Part shown: positions 45,650 through 56,602 of the stretch, piece by piece
How positions within the stretch are numbered: position 1 is the first letter of the stretch
How the letters are laid out: every line of letters starts with the position of its first letter
Origin: Fidelibacterota bacterium
GTDB lineage: Bacteria > Fidelibacterota > UBA8477 > JABMPR01
Length of the DNA: 64,000 nucleotides
Assembly (NCBI GenBank): GCA_016845065.1
Contig: JAERTG010000114.1
Span: 3,243 to 67,242, forward strand
Direction: 5' to 3'
Notes under the pieces: model-generated
Databases searched by the model: none
The model's input: only the letters and a program-made list of their open reading frames with translations
What the model was told of the DNA's origin: nothing
Translations under genes and position numbers: made by a program

Positions 45650-46537
45650 TTAATAAGGGATGCGATATTGTAATTTTATACTTGAAGATGATTCCCATCC
45701 CGGCAATGCCGATGAAACATCATCTTTTAATATTGTCCACCAGGATCTTCGTGGTTCCATCGGATACTGTAGTTGGCTGTTCACCGGTATCCCAGCTTTG
45801 CGACAGATAGCTTTCCGGGCATCTTCGAAAGTCCCCAGAACATCCACCAAATTAGCCTTGAATGCCTGTCTGCCAGTAAATATCCGACCGTTGCCCAAAC
45901 TCCGCATGTTTATCTCATCGATTCCACGTTCCTGTGATACAACCTCCGTAAATTGTTCATATACGTCATCAATGATACCCTGAAAATAGGTCTGCTCCTG
46001 CTCATTCATCTCGCGGAAAGGTGAACCAGCATCTTTGAATTCTTGTGATTTTACAGTCCGCATACCTACACCAACCTTCTCCATCAAATCAGAATAAATT
46101 GGAAACTGCATGATGACACCAATGCTTCCAGTGAGAGTTCCCTCATTGGCAAAAATACTGTCAGCACCCAGGGCTGCATAATACCCACCTGAGGCGGCAA
46201 CACTGGACATGCTTACAAAAACGGGCTTATCACCATTGTCCCTAATCGTTTTTATTGCATGATATAACTCCTGCGAGGGAGCTACCTGGCCACCTGGCGA
46301 ATTGATGGGAATAAGGATGCCGGCGATTCTATCATTGTCAGCAAACTTTTGAAGTTTGGCAACCCATTTACGTGAAGCACTGATTTCTCCCTCAAGAGGT
46401 AACACAGCGATGCGCTTCGAATTGTCAAACCACTTGCCCTCACCTTCCTTGGTTGAAACTAAAAAGAGCAATACTGCAAACACTGCAATTACGATTGCTC
46501 CGTAAATGCGGTTCTTTTTCTTGTATTTATTATCCAT
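45650..46537 (-). CDS. sppA: signal peptide peptidase SppA, 36K type (S49)
   Basis: N-terminal anchor, INSPGG and ASGGYY motifs, and GTFEDA near the C-terminus. Confidence 0.88.
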   Translation of the reverse strand: MDNKYKKKNRIYGAIVIAVFAVLLFLVSTKEGEGKWFDNSKRIAVLPLEGEISASRKWVAKLQKFADNDRIAGILIPINSPGGQVAPSQELYHAIKTIRDNGDKPVFVSMSSVAASGGYYAALGADSIFANEGTLTGSIGVIMQFPIYSDLMEKVGVGMRTVKSQEFKDAGSPFREMNEQEQTYFQGIIDDVYEQFTEVVSQERGIDEINMRSLGNGRIFTGRQAFKANLVDVLGTFEDARKAICRKAGIPVNSQLQYPMEPRRSWWTILKDDVSSALPGWESSSSIKLQYRIPY

Positions 46538-48233
46538 TATTTTTCTTTGTATAAATCGTCAATTTTTGCCCCGGATATATGTGCTGACCGTACCTCAAAC
46601 CATTCCAATGTCTAATACGCTTGGCGCTGGTATTAAAATCTTCTGCAATTTGACCCAGGGTATCTCCCTTTTTAACTGTGTAGGTCTTTTTTGCATAGTC
46701 AGTGGACGGTGGTGAAGATTTCCGTTTTGTCGAACTGCTGGAGGTGGAAGCATAGCTCTTTGGCGCAGGTATCACCAATTTTTGTCCAACTGATAGCCTG
46801 TTTCTATTTTTGATACGATTTGCTTGTACAAGTTTTGTGAGGGAAACATTGTATTTTCTGGCAATAACTGAGAGAGTTTCACCTCGACGCACATAGTGAA
46901 TTTGGTAGTCAATCTTATCTGAAGTGGGTATAGATGCCATTGCAGAGGCATTGATTGAACCTTTACCAAGAGGTACCTTTAGCTCGTATGGCTTCTTAGC
47001 GGGTGGGGTTACCCCCTGTCGTAATTCTGGATTATATGTTTTTAAATCCTGGTAATTCACACGTAATGCATGAGCAATCTTATCAAGATCCAGACTGCGA
47101 TCAATATCAATCACTTCATATTCCCAGTCGGTCAACTCATCCACATGGAAACCATAACTTTCGGGGTCACTCCCGATAATGGCTGCAGCCAGCACAGTGG
47201 CAACATAATTACGTGTCTGTCTAGGTAAGGTAATCATGCGCCAATAGTCTCGATGTCCCTCCCTGCGGATGGTCCTGCGCACTCTTGCTTCACCCGTATT
47301 GTATGAAGCCATTGCCAAATACCAATCATCAAATTCATCATGGAGATCTTTTAAATATTTTGCTGCAGCATGGGTGGATTTTACCACGTCCCTGCGTTCA
47401 TCCACCCACCAGTCACGCTTGAGACCGTAGCGGCGGCCAGTGGCGGAAATAAACTGCCAGGGTCCTACTGCATGCGCATAGGAATAGGCTTTGGTATTCA
47501 ACCCAGATTCAATCATGGCCAGATAAATCAATTCCTCAGGAAGACCATATGATGCGAGAATAGGTCTGATGGTAGTGGCATAAAAAGAATAACGATCCAG
47601 CCAGATTTGGAAATCCTTGTGCTTTCTGTGCTGAAAAAGATTGATCATGGTTTTTACGCGACTGTTCAAGATGAGAGGGAGATGACCATCTCTGTCATCC
47701 ACAACCATAAAACTCACATCTGCATCTAAAGAATCCAATAAGTCACTCATCCGTGAAAGCTGGTCTTTCAGTGAGGGTTGACCGAGAAGATCTTGGAGGT
47801 CCTTGCTGATATAACCTTCAAAATCAGAAGCCGCCAATTCGCTGAGACCAGAAACTGTTTCTCTAATTTCTTCTGGAATGGGGTCATCTATCTCTTCTAT
47901 GGCTGCAAGTGTTGCCACGAGGCGTTCAACTTCAAATTGAACACCCAACGTGTCTCGAGCAACAATCATCAATCTGCCATCTGCGTAGTAGCGTTTGGCC
48001 TCTTGAATAAAATATTCCAGAAGAAAATCATCATCTTCGAGGTCAATAGCTGGTTTTATCATCTGCCCCATACTCAGCATGCTGGGGACTGGCATTAGTT
48101 CTGCAGAAAAGCTTTGAGCGCCCATGAGCAAACTAAGAGTCAGGGCGTACTTTATTATTCTAGAATATTTGTTTAATTTCATAATGGGAGAGAAGATAGA
48201 ATTAAGATTATTTGATAACAAGCTCAGAATCAA
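46530..48233 (-). CDS. lytic transglycosylase (SLT domain) with C-terminal LysM repeats, MltD-like
   Basis: MIESGLNTKAYSYAHAVGPWQF carries the catalytic Glu context. There are at least two LysM units (YVRRGETLSVIARKYNV ..., YTVKKGDTLGQIAEDFNT ...). The start may be the ATG at 48182. Confidence 0.85.
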   Translation of the reverse strand: MILSLLSNNLNSIFSPIMKLNKYSRIIKYALTLSLLMGAQSFSAELMPVPSMLSMGQMIKPAIDLEDDDFLLEYFIQEAKRYYADGRLMIVARDTLGVQFEVERLVATLAAIEEIDDPIPEEIRETVSGLSELAASDFEGYISKDLQDLLGQPSLKDQLSRMSDLLDSLDADVSFMVVDDRDGHLPLILNSRVKTMINLFQHRKHKDFQIWLDRYSFYATTIRPILASYGLPEELIYLAMIESGLNTKAYSYAHAVGPWQFISATGRRYGLKRDWWVDERRDVVKSTHAAAKYLKDLHDEFDDWYLAMASYNTGEARVRRTIRREGHRDYWRMITLPRQTRNYVATVLAAAIIGSDPESYGFHVDELTDWEYEVIDIDRSLDLDKIAHALRVNYQDLKTYNPELRQGVTPPAKKPYELKVPLGKGSINASAMASIPTSDKIDYQIHYVRRGETLSVIARKYNVSLTKLVQANRIKNRNRLSVGQKLVIPAPKSYASTSSSSTKRKSSPPSTDYAKKTYTVKKGDTLGQIAEDFNTSAKRIRHWNGLRYGQHIYPGQKLTIYTKKNNG

Positions 48234-48263
48234 GCTCTTATAACTTTTATATCATCCTGTAAT

Positions 48264-49313
48264 TTAATTGATATGTGTTAAAGTCTGATGGTATTGGGTT
48301 AAAGGGCAGTTGGAGCAAGGAAGGCTTCTACAGTAATTCTTTCTCCAGGCCAGTAAGCCCTGTTGCTCTGCTATAAACCTAATTTCATTGACGCCTAGCC
48401 TATGAAGCATCCGCTTTTCCAGGGCATATCGTCTGAATATTTTCATTTCTCGCCACAGTTGAAAACCCCGCTCATCTCCTATGAAAGGAGCAAAAATGTT
48501 TACCAACCATTCCTTACACTGATTCAGTGATAAACCAATACATTGCATCTCTACCAATTTATCTGCGATTGAGTTGCGGGATATAGTTGGCCACTCATTG
48601 GGCTGAAATAATTCAGGGGCTTTTAATATCCTCTTCAGAAGCATCTCTTTCGAGGATCTACTGGGATAGGAAAGATTGCTCCCCTGCCATTCACGACAAT
48701 CCGGCCAATGTTGGAGATCGAGCATTTGAGCAGCTTGTTGTAAATTCCGGAAGCGATTGCCACCTGTCATGATTACTTCAATCATGCCCAGGAGGAGCGG
48801 ACCATACCCCTCCCCTTCAGTAGATAATATTTTCAAATGCTTTTGTTTGCTCTTGAATCTTGTATAAGCAAGAGCCAATAACTCATGTGGAGTGACACGA
48901 CGAATTGATATGCATTGTCCAGACCCCAGGAACTCCCTGTCAACGACGAGGGTTGGAATGTCCGGACCGGCATCACCTCCCATGATCACATGCAACATGA
49001 CATTGCAGTATCGCTCGTCATATTGGTGGCCATGGGTATACCAATCATTGGCTTTGATGTGCATCTCCACATCTCCACTAATCTCAAAATCGTCAAGAAG
49101 AATTCGAGCCTGGAAAATATCTGGACCAGGACCATCATTGCGGTATCCTGCCTCAAGGACAATCAAGTTTGCACCATCAACTGTTTTCAGGTTAACCATT
49201 CGTTCTGACTGACGCAACCACCAGACAACCAGATCCTTTTCCTGAGAATGCCAATTAAACTGACTTCCTTCAGCAATAGCACATTGCTGAAGTATATCTT
49301 CATTCTTATACAT
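48264..49313 (-). CDS. DUF2851-like protein
   Basis: VEMHIKANDWYTHGHQYDERYCNVMLHVI resembles the conserved His-rich core I associate with DUF2851. This call is from memory only. Confidence 0.5.
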   Translation of the reverse strand: MYKNEDILQQCAIAEGSQFNWHSQEKDLVVWWLRQSERMVNLKTVDGANLIVLEAGYRNDGPGPDIFQARILLDDFEISGDVEMHIKANDWYTHGHQYDERYCNVMLHVIMGGDAGPDIPTLVVDREFLGSGQCISIRRVTPHELLALAYTRFKSKQKHLKILSTEGEGYGPLLLGMIEVIMTGGNRFRNLQQAAQMLDLQHWPDCREWQGSNLSYPSRSSKEMLLKRILKAPELFQPNEWPTISRNSIADKLVEMQCIGLSLNQCKEWLVNIFAPFIGDERGFQLWREMKIFRRYALEKRMLHRLGVNEIRFIAEQQGLLAWRKNYCRSLPCSNCPLTQYHQTLTHIN

Positions 49314-49390
49314 CCAAAGTTTCCTTGTTTGGAGGAATTTAAGTTATGTGCACACCTGGTAGAAGAAGAATTTTTACTGACTTAAGTTGA

Positions 49391-50107
49391 TTATTTTTTC
49401 GGTGGTATATAGTGTTCTTCGAATAATGCTTTTGCGTCAGCAAGATACTGATTTCTCGTCTCCGTACTATAATCATTTGGATTCATTGGAGGTAAAATGG
49501 TCAGTTTAATCGTTGTTGAAGAAATTTGGCGCTGTTTTTTCCCCATGGCAACATGAGCTCCATTTATGACTACAGGGACAATTGGGATTCCAGTATCAAG
49601 CGAGAGTATAAAGGCACCTTTTTTAAATCGCTGAAGATGACCATCCTCACTTCGGGTACCCTCTGCGAAAATGATAAGGGAATTATCCTTATTCTCGGAC
49701 ATCTGAGCAGCAACCTGTTCCATCACAGCCAGTGCAGCGCGGTGATCCTTTCTGTCTACAAAGTAGTGACCGGCTGCCCACATGGCCCAGCCAAAGAAGG
49801 GAACATACTTCAATTGTTTTTTGGCAAGCATACCATGTTTATTCTTTACTCCCCAGTACATGGATGGGATATCAAAAGCTGAGCTGTGGTTGCTAATAAA
49901 AATGTACTGGTCATTTTCATTAATCTTTTCCTGACCTTCGACCACGACCTTTACATTTGAAATCTTCAAAACACCCCAGGCCCATCTCCTACCTGTGCGA
50001 TAGGCAAGTCGTCCAGTTCCATCAATGAATCTTGCCAGAATCACTAGCACAACCCAAATGGCTGTCCAAAGAGATATTGTACCAATGATCAGAAAATAAC
50101 GAAACAT
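49391..50107 (-). CDS. plsC: 1-acyl-sn-glycerol-3-phosphate acyltransferase
   Basis: NHSSAFD (HX4D) and FAEGTRS motifs, with an N-terminal membrane anchor. Confidence 0.85.
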   Translation of the reverse strand: MFRYFLIIGTISLWTAIWVVLVILARFIDGTGRLAYRTGRRWAWGVLKISNVKVVVEGQEKINENDQYIFISNHSSAFDIPSMYWGVKNKHGMLAKKQLKYVPFFGWAMWAAGHYFVDRKDHRAALAVMEQVAAQMSENKDNSLIIFAEGTRSEDGHLQRFKKGAFILSLDTGIPIVPVVINGAHVAMGKKQRQISSTTIKLTILPPMNPNDYSTETRNQYLADAKALFEEHYIPPKK

Positions 50108-50111
50108 TTGA

Positions 50112-51386
50112 CTACTTTAGATGTAATCCGGTGGAACCCATATAAGGTTTGAGAACCTCTGGAAGAATCACGCTTCCATCTTGTTGTTGGTAAGTTTCCA
50201 AAAGTGCAACCAAGAGGCGGGGGGTTGCCACCCCTGACCCATTTAAAGTATGGAGTAGCTGGACTTTTTTTCCACCCTGAGGTTTGTATCGGATAGCTCC
50301 CCTGCGGGCTTGAAAATCTTCAAAATTTGAACAACTCGATACTTCAAGCCACCTTGCTTCACCAGGTGCCCATAGCTCAAGATCGTAGCACTTTGCTGCA
50401 GCAAAAGACAGATCACCTGTTACCAGTTCGATTACCCGGTACTCAAGACCAAGCGCCTCGAGAATATCTTCAGCATCTCTTCTTAATTTCTCTAATTCAT
50501 CATATGAATCATTTGGATGTGTGAATTTCACTAACTCTACTTTATTAAACTGGTGTAGCCGTAAGAAGCCACGCGTGTCTTTTCCGTAGGAACCTGCCTC
50601 TCGTCGAAAACAGGATGAGTAGGCACAATACTGAATCGGCAATGATTCCTCTGGGATTATTTCTCCCTGGTGGATATTGGTCACAGGGACTTCAGCAGTG
50701 GGAATTAAATACAGCTCATCCTGGGGAATCTTGTACATATCATCTTCAAATTTGGGTAATTGACCTGTAGTTGTCATACCCTTAGCATTGCTGACAACAG
50801 GTGGCAACACCTCAGTATAACCATGTTTATCTATATGGAAATCTAGCATAAAATTTATTAAAGCCCGTTCCAGTTTAGCACCATGGCCCGTATAAAGAGG
50901 AAAACCAGGACCTGCAATTTTTGTCCCACGAGGAAAATCGAAGAGACCAAGTGAATCTCCCAGTTCAAGATGGGTTTGTAGCTTGAAATCAGGGTTATAC
51001 CTATTACCCCACTCCTTTACTACTGGATTTTCAGAGGCATCTGATCCTACTGGAGTTGTCGCATGTGGCAAATTAGGAATTTGAAGCAATAGCTCATTCA
51101 ATTCAGCCTCAACTTGGCGTTGCTCTTCATCCAGGCCCTTGATTCGCTGACCAATTTCTCTGGTCCTATCTATTAAATCAGAGGCATCTTCTTTATTCTT
51201 TTTTCGAGAGGCAACATCTTTTGAGACAACATTTCGTTCATGCTTCAGGGTCTCCACATCTGCAATTACACTTCTCCGTTTCTTATCCAGGTCCATGATT
51301 GCATCAAGATCAATCTGAACATTCTTGTTCTGGATGCCTTGACGAACCATATCGATGTTTTCTCTGATTTTATGAATGTCTAGCAT
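50112..51386 (-). CDS. serS: serine--tRNA ligase
   Basis: N-terminal coiled-coil arm followed by a class II core (FRREAGS, GSGVATPRLLVALLE). Confidence 0.95.
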   Translation of the reverse strand: MLDIHKIRENIDMVRQGIQNKNVQIDLDAIMDLDKKRRSVIADVETLKHERNVVSKDVASRKKNKEDASDLIDRTREIGQRIKGLDEEQRQVEAELNELLLQIPNLPHATTPVGSDASENPVVKEWGNRYNPDFKLQTHLELGDSLGLFDFPRGTKIAGPGFPLYTGHGAKLERALINFMLDFHIDKHGYTEVLPPVVSNAKGMTTTGQLPKFEDDMYKIPQDELYLIPTAEVPVTNIHQGEIIPEESLPIQYCAYSSCFRREAGSYGKDTRGFLRLHQFNKVELVKFTHPNDSYDELEKLRRDAEDILEALGLEYRVIELVTGDLSFAAAKCYDLELWAPGEARWLEVSSCSNFEDFQARRGAIRYKPQGGKKVQLLHTLNGSGVATPRLLVALLETYQQQDGSVILPEVLKPYMGSTGLHLK

Positions 51387-51444
51387 TCTTAAACCCCATT
51401 TTCTCCAATTCGTGGCGTGTTTCTGTGCTTGTCCATATACTTGA

Positions 51445-52848
51445 TTACCTACTGCCGGAACCTGTAAACATCACATACACGGTATACATGATAATCTTGA
51501 AATCCAACCGTAATGAAATGTTCTCGAGGTAAAACAGATCGTATTTCAATTTTAACCTTGAAGCCTCAAGTGTCGTATCATACCCTTGTTTAACTTGAGC
51601 CCATCCAGTAATTCCAGGTTTAATCTGATGTCTCCTCGGGTATAAAGGGTATAGTTCTGAAATTTTATCGACAAAAAATTGTCTTTCAGGTCTTGGACCA
51701 ACAAGACTCATTTCATTGCGCAAAATATTTATGGCCTGAGGAATTTCATCCAAGCGGAGGTGCCGGAGAATTTTTCCTACTTTGGTAATTCTCGGATCGG
51801 ATTCCGTCGCCCAGACGGGACCTGTATTAGCCTCAGCATCCTGGATCATGGTCCTAAATTTAATAACATTGAATGGTTTACCATTTTTCCCAACGCGTTC
51901 TTGGGCAAATAGTACTGGCCCTTTTGAATCCAATTTGATAGCAATAGCAATGATAACAAGGAGAGGGGAAAGTATAGTCATGGCTATAAGCGCAACAAAA
52001 ATATCAAACAATCGTTTTGCCGCGCGTTCCCACATTGGCATATAGTCTGGCATGATGTCAATCAAGGGGATCCCATGAAGCTGTTGGGTTCTGGCCAGAC
52101 CAGAAATGGCATCAAACATATCGGGATTCGTCTTAATACCTACTTTATGATCCTGCAACAAACGAATAATATCTATAGTTCTATCGTGATGATCACGTTC
52201 GAGAGCTAAAACCACCTCATCGATACTTAGGTCGTTAATGATCTTAGAAATATCCTTCAGCTCACCAAGAATAGGTATGCTTATCAGGGATTCTTGAATG
52301 TGGTCCTCCCCATCCATTCGAATAAATCCTACTGGCTGATACCCAGAACGAGGATTGGGGGAAAAAGTATCCTGGACGATGAGCCCTCTCCTATTAAGTC
52401 CAACAATAAGAGTCTTCGCCAGTCCTTTCCCTTTTTGCAGCAGGTTCAGGTGGATTGAGCGTATTACAATTCTTCCAAAGCTTATTGAAAAGAGTAAGGA
52501 CAGCGCATAAATAATGAGGATACTTTTTCCAAAAGTTACTGGATTATCTAGGTCCACCGTGAGGAGATAGATCAGAAAAGTACCTATAAAGATATATTTG
52601 GTGATGTTGATAAGTTCATCTGATCGGGAAATCGTGCGTTTGATCTTATAAAGACCGTTAAGCATAAAAAGGGTAATCCAGAAAATCGAAAGCAATGCAG
52701 ACGGGAACTGCATATCAGACCATACCAATTGAATGGTGTTATTGTACATTCCAGATTCAAATCTGAGTAAGAATATTACTACAAAACTCACATTGATACT
52801 GATAAGATCAGAACCTACGAGTAATATTCTTTCCAGCCAGCGTGGCAT
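51445..52848 (-). CDS. polyprenyl-phosphate glycosyl-1-phosphate transferase (WbaP / EPS-initiating sugar transferase family)
   Basis: N-terminal TM helices and the C-terminal bacterial sugar transferase domain (KRLFDIFVA ..., GKNGKPFNVIKFRTM, DEIPQ, MSLVGPRP). Confidence 0.88.
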   Translation of the reverse strand: MPRWLERILLVGSDLISINVSFVVIFLLRFESGMYNNTIQLVWSDMQFPSALLSIFWITLFMLNGLYKIKRTISRSDELINITKYIFIGTFLIYLLTVDLDNPVTFGKSILIIYALSLLFSISFGRIVIRSIHLNLLQKGKGLAKTLIVGLNRRGLIVQDTFSPNPRSGYQPVGFIRMDGEDHIQESLISIPILGELKDISKIINDLSIDEVVLALERDHHDRTIDIIRLLQDHKVGIKTNPDMFDAISGLARTQQLHGIPLIDIMPDYMPMWERAAKRLFDIFVALIAMTILSPLLVIIAIAIKLDSKGPVLFAQERVGKNGKPFNVIKFRTMIQDAEANTGPVWATESDPRITKVGKILRHLRLDEIPQAINILRNEMSLVGPRPERQFFVDKISELYPLYPRRHQIKPGITGWAQVKQGYDTTLEASRLKLKYDLFYLENISLRLDFKIIMYTVYVMFTGSGSR

Positions 52849-52963
52849 AATTTCCTATCTATTCCCTTTCAAATCGCCAGGGGTTATTCCCCTAGCAGAA
52901 AAAACGGAATGAATATAATCGTTCCCCCTGAGAATCAAAGGTCACCCTACCCTTGAATAGATC

Positions 52964-54559
52964 ATGCATCTCCCCAAAACTATCTTATTTTTCACGATGA
53001 AAAAACTGACTCTTTTCTTACTCCTCATATCAATCATTGTTGCACAAAATGTTCCCTATGTGATGGAACACGCAGTATATCATTTTCTTGAAAGAAGTGA
53101 GAGTCTTGGATTTATAAATGCTGAGTACTGGAGTACCCGACCTTATACCATCTCGCAGATCAATGATATGCTCGCGGAGATTTCAGAGCACAGGGCAAAC
53201 CTTTCCTCAAAGGATGTAAGACTCTTAGAGCGATTTCAGTTGGAGTTAAATCGAGAGTTTGATAAAAACGGAATTACATTTCCCTGGAGCCAATCCACAA
53301 TAAATCAATTCATCCACCCATCTAGGCAGACAGCAAAGCCTTTTTTTATGACATACAAGCACGATAATGCAAAAGGATGGATTAATTGGTCTGAGACATT
53401 TCGAGTGCAAAGCAACGGGCATGCAGCCCGTGGGTATCATACCGACCATCTGGAAGTTTCAGGTTCAAAAGGTGCGATCGCCTTCACAACACAATACGAT
53501 TTCCACAGAATAACTCGAAACGATGAATTCAGTACCATTCCGAGCACATATAAGGAGGGATTGCTCCTTGACAGAGAATACATGAAATGGATCAACTGGG
53601 GCTACCCAATATCATCCCTTTCTTTCATAAATGATGATTTTGAAGTAGGTATTCATCGCCAACCAATTTACTGGGGTTATTCAAAAAACAACTCCGCTAT
53701 CCTCTCTGATAATGTTTATCCATTACCCCATGTGGTGTGGAAAACTGAAACACCCCACTTGCGCTTCATGTTTCTCCATGCTCGCTTGACCCCCAATAAC
53801 CCTCTGGTACCAGATACGTTGAATGTGAGGCGGAACCTCTCAGCACATCGGGTTGAGTTTGATATAAAACCGAATTTTGAGTTTGCATTTAATGAGATGG
53901 TGATATACGCATACCGTGATTTTGAGTTGGGGTATTTGAACCCCGTTAATTTCTTATTCGCTGAAGAGCAAACTCAGGGCGATCTTGACAATAAACTCAT
54001 GGCAATTGATTTTAAGTGGCGGGTACGTCCTGGCATAACCACATACGGTAGCTGGTTTTTTGATGAATTGGATTTCTGGAAACTTTTTTCTGGTTGGTGG
54101 GGAAATAAGTTCGTCTTTCAACTTGGAGCGAGCTTTTATCCTGTTAACAACCTGCCAACTGTAAACTTTGAATATACTGCAGCGCGACCATGGACATATT
54201 CACATTCAAAAACAGTGAACAGCTACACATCAGCAGGGCGGTTGCTGGGATTAAAAGATGGTCCCAATACTGAATCATTTCTCTTAAGGTTGGATTGGTT
54301 CGCAAGTCCCTATTTGTATATATCAGGGGACTACAAATATTTAAAAAGAGGGGATGACCCTGGATCAAATGCATTGCTCAGTTATGATGAGAGAGTTGTA
54401 AGTGATGAAATTGAAGATAGCCAGTTTCTTAGTGGCAATATAAAAGGATCAACATTCACAAGTCTCTCAGTTCAATATTTTATAGCCAATACATTTGCAT
54501 TGAACGTTAATTTAACTAGTGAGGATATCGTTGAGCTCGGTATTAAGATTGATTGGTGA
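52964..54559 (+). CDS. capsule-assembly Wzi-like outer-membrane protein
   Basis: Signal peptide. The N-terminal Y-x-x-L-E-R ... G-x-I ... RP-x-x-x-x-Q helix resembles Wzi. The body is long and beta-rich, and the C-terminal residue is aromatic (W). The start may be the ATG at 52997. Confidence 0.5.
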   Translation: MHLPKTILFFTMKKLTLFLLLISIIVAQNVPYVMEHAVYHFLERSESLGFINAEYWSTRPYTISQINDMLAEISEHRANLSSKDVRLLERFQLELNREFDKNGITFPWSQSTINQFIHPSRQTAKPFFMTYKHDNAKGWINWSETFRVQSNGHAARGYHTDHLEVSGSKGAIAFTTQYDFHRITRNDEFSTIPSTYKEGLLLDREYMKWINWGYPISSLSFINDDFEVGIHRQPIYWGYSKNNSAILSDNVYPLPHVVWKTETPHLRFMFLHARLTPNNPLVPDTLNVRRNLSAHRVEFDIKPNFEFAFNEMVIYAYRDFELGYLNPVNFLFAEEQTQGDLDNKLMAIDFKWRVRPGITTYGSWFFDELDFWKLFSGWWGNKFVFQLGASFYPVNNLPTVNFEYTAARPWTYSHSKTVNSYTSAGRLLGLKDGPNTESFLLRLDWFASPYLYISGDYKYLKRGDDPGSNALLSYDERVVSDEIEDSQFLSGNIKGSTFTSLSVQYFIANTFALNVNLTSEDIVELGIKIDW

Positions 54560-54614
54560 CAACTTTGAGACTTGAAATGTTTGGATTTAATATGTTTAAC
54601 ACTGGAGAATTTAC

Positions 54615-55364
54615 ATGAGTACTGAGCGGTTGGAAAACGAGCAAAACTTTCATGATGAAAGATTTGGAGGGTCTGACAATGCACGAAGTAATGCTCGGAA
54701 ATATTATTCGATAAATAATCACTCTGCTAATCGGTATGCACGGATAATTGCTGAGCACTGTAAGGGTAAGACTCTCCTAGAATATGGATGTGGAACCGGT
54801 AGCGGATCAGAGAAATGGTTGAATTTTGGAGCTATCCTCACTGGGATCGACATCTCTCCAGCAGGGATTAAGAAGGCCAAGGAAAGAATTGCCGAAACTA
54901 AACACAAGGCTAACTATTTGGTTATGAATGCTGAGGACATGGATTTTGGGAATAATAGTTTTGACCTTGTGGCAGGGACAGGCATCATCCACCATTTGGA
55001 TCTAAATAACTGCTTTAAAGAATTACAGCGGGTCATCAAACCTCATGGGCATGCAGTATTCATTGAGCCTTTGGGACATAATCCATTCATCAATCTGTAT
55101 AGATTCCTCACACCTAAAATGCGTACAGATGATGAACATCCGCTTAAAATGAAGGACATTAAACTACTTCAGAAACACTTCCAAAATGTGGATGTGGAAT
55201 ACTTTTCTCTTTTTACTTTGTTTGCAGTACCCTTTCGAAAACATAAAAGGTTCACGAGTATAAATGACTTTTTTAGGAGTCTGGATAAGGCATTTTTTAA
55301 GATCCCTCTATTCAACCGATTGGCTTGGACCGTAGTCATTCATGCCAGTCACCCTGTTAATTAA
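54615..55364 (+). CDS. class I SAM-dependent methyltransferase
   Basis: LLEYGCGTGSGS (motif I) and FDLVAGTGIIHHL (post-I/II) patterns. Confidence 0.8.
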   Translation: MSTERLENEQNFHDERFGGSDNARSNARKYYSINNHSANRYARIIAEHCKGKTLLEYGCGTGSGSEKWLNFGAILTGIDISPAGIKKAKERIAETKHKANYLVMNAEDMDFGNNSFDLVAGTGIIHHLDLNNCFKELQRVIKPHGHAVFIEPLGHNPFINLYRFLTPKMRTDDEHPLKMKDIKLLQKHFQNVDVEYFSLFTLFAVPFRKHKRFTSINDFFRSLDKAFFKIPLFNRLAWTVVIHASHPVN

Positions 55365-55435
55365 AATCCAAATTAATGCAAGCTATAGAGTTTTTGAATC
55401 CAATCTCATCAGGTTGGAAGGATAACCTGTTCCCC

Positions 55436-56602
55436 TTAATCAATGTTCTTGATTAATTGATTAAGCTTTTTAAGGTGATAACTGCGGTACAGGAATGGGA
55501 ATTTTTCTATGGTGATTGGTTGATATTTATAATTTGAGATATATTCATCTATGTCGTGAATAATTTTATCATAGTCGATTTTTGTGTATACTGTGATCAA
55601 GCCAGTCGAAAGTATCTCTTGACTAATCGTTTCTGGAATAATTGCGATCGTTCTGAGGCCACATTCGAGATAATCATATAGTTTATTGGGAACAGCACCC
55701 CGCAATGAGGCTGCTTCTAGCTGCAATGAGACAATTCCAATTTTTCCTGTCTTCAATATCTCATTGACTTCTGATTTAGTATATGGGCCAATTATCTCGA
55801 TATTGCTAAGTTCCATTTCGGCGATTTGATGTCTAATCCACTCTCCTTGTACACCATCCCCAATCAGAACAATTCGGACAGCATTGAGTTTTGGGTCAGG
55901 ACTCTTCTGTAATTTCTGAGCAATGATTAGAATTGGGGAGAAATCATACATTTGGCCAAAATTACCAGAATAATAAATCACATCCTTTCGTGGATCTGAA
56001 TTGACCAATCTTATTGGATAATCGCCAATCCCGTTTGGTAAATACAATGAATCCTGATTAGCTGCTGTCATTAGATCTGACCATTTTTTATTCACAAAGG
56101 AAATTAGACTGGCATTTTGATAGGCCAGGTACATCAATCTAGATGCGAGTCTATAGATTGGATTACCTTTGCTTATGATACCAACATCTGCAATTACTTC
56201 AGGGTACAAGTCACGAACGTCCAGGACATAGCTTCTGTTCTTATACTTTTTGAAGAATAAGGCTACCATTGCAAGAAAGGGGCTTGGCGTTGTATATAGT
56301 AAGAGTGAATTGCGTGCTTTCTTCTGCAGATACTTTGCTGCTTTCAAAGCAAATGCAACCTCATGCAAGAGACGCATATACTTACTGCTACTTGATTTTT
56401 TTTGATGGGGTAATCTTACTATCTTAAAGGGATAGTCACCTTGGTGTTTATCCTTACTCAACATCATATGGATAGGTTGTGCAGTCACTATTTCTATTTC
56501 ATAATGTTCATGCAAGTATGTAGCGAATGAACCCATTCTTTCAGCTGCTGCACCGTTCTCAGGTGGAAAATACTGAGATATTAAGGTTATTTTGCTGATC
56601 AA
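55436..56602 (-). CDS. GT4-family glycosyltransferase (WbuB-like N-terminus)
   Basis: ISQYFPPENGAAAERMGSFATYL is typical of WbuB-like GT4 N-terminal domains. GT-B length. Confidence 0.75.
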   Translation of the reverse strand: MISKITLISQYFPPENGAAAERMGSFATYLHEHYEIEIVTAQPIHMMLSKDKHQGDYPFKIVRLPHQKKSSSSKYMRLLHEVAFALKAAKYLQKKARNSLLLYTTPSPFLAMVALFFKKYKNRSYVLDVRDLYPEVIADVGIISKGNPIYRLASRLMYLAYQNASLISFVNKKWSDLMTAANQDSLYLPNGIGDYPIRLVNSDPRKDVIYYSGNFGQMYDFSPILIIAQKLQKSPDPKLNAVRIVLIGDGVQGEWIRHQIAEMELSNIEIIGPYTKSEVNEILKTGKIGIVSLQLEAASLRGAVPNKLYDYLECGLRTIAIIPETISQEILSTGLITVYTKIDYDKIIHDIDEYISNYKYQPITIEKFPFLYRSYHLKKLNQLIKNID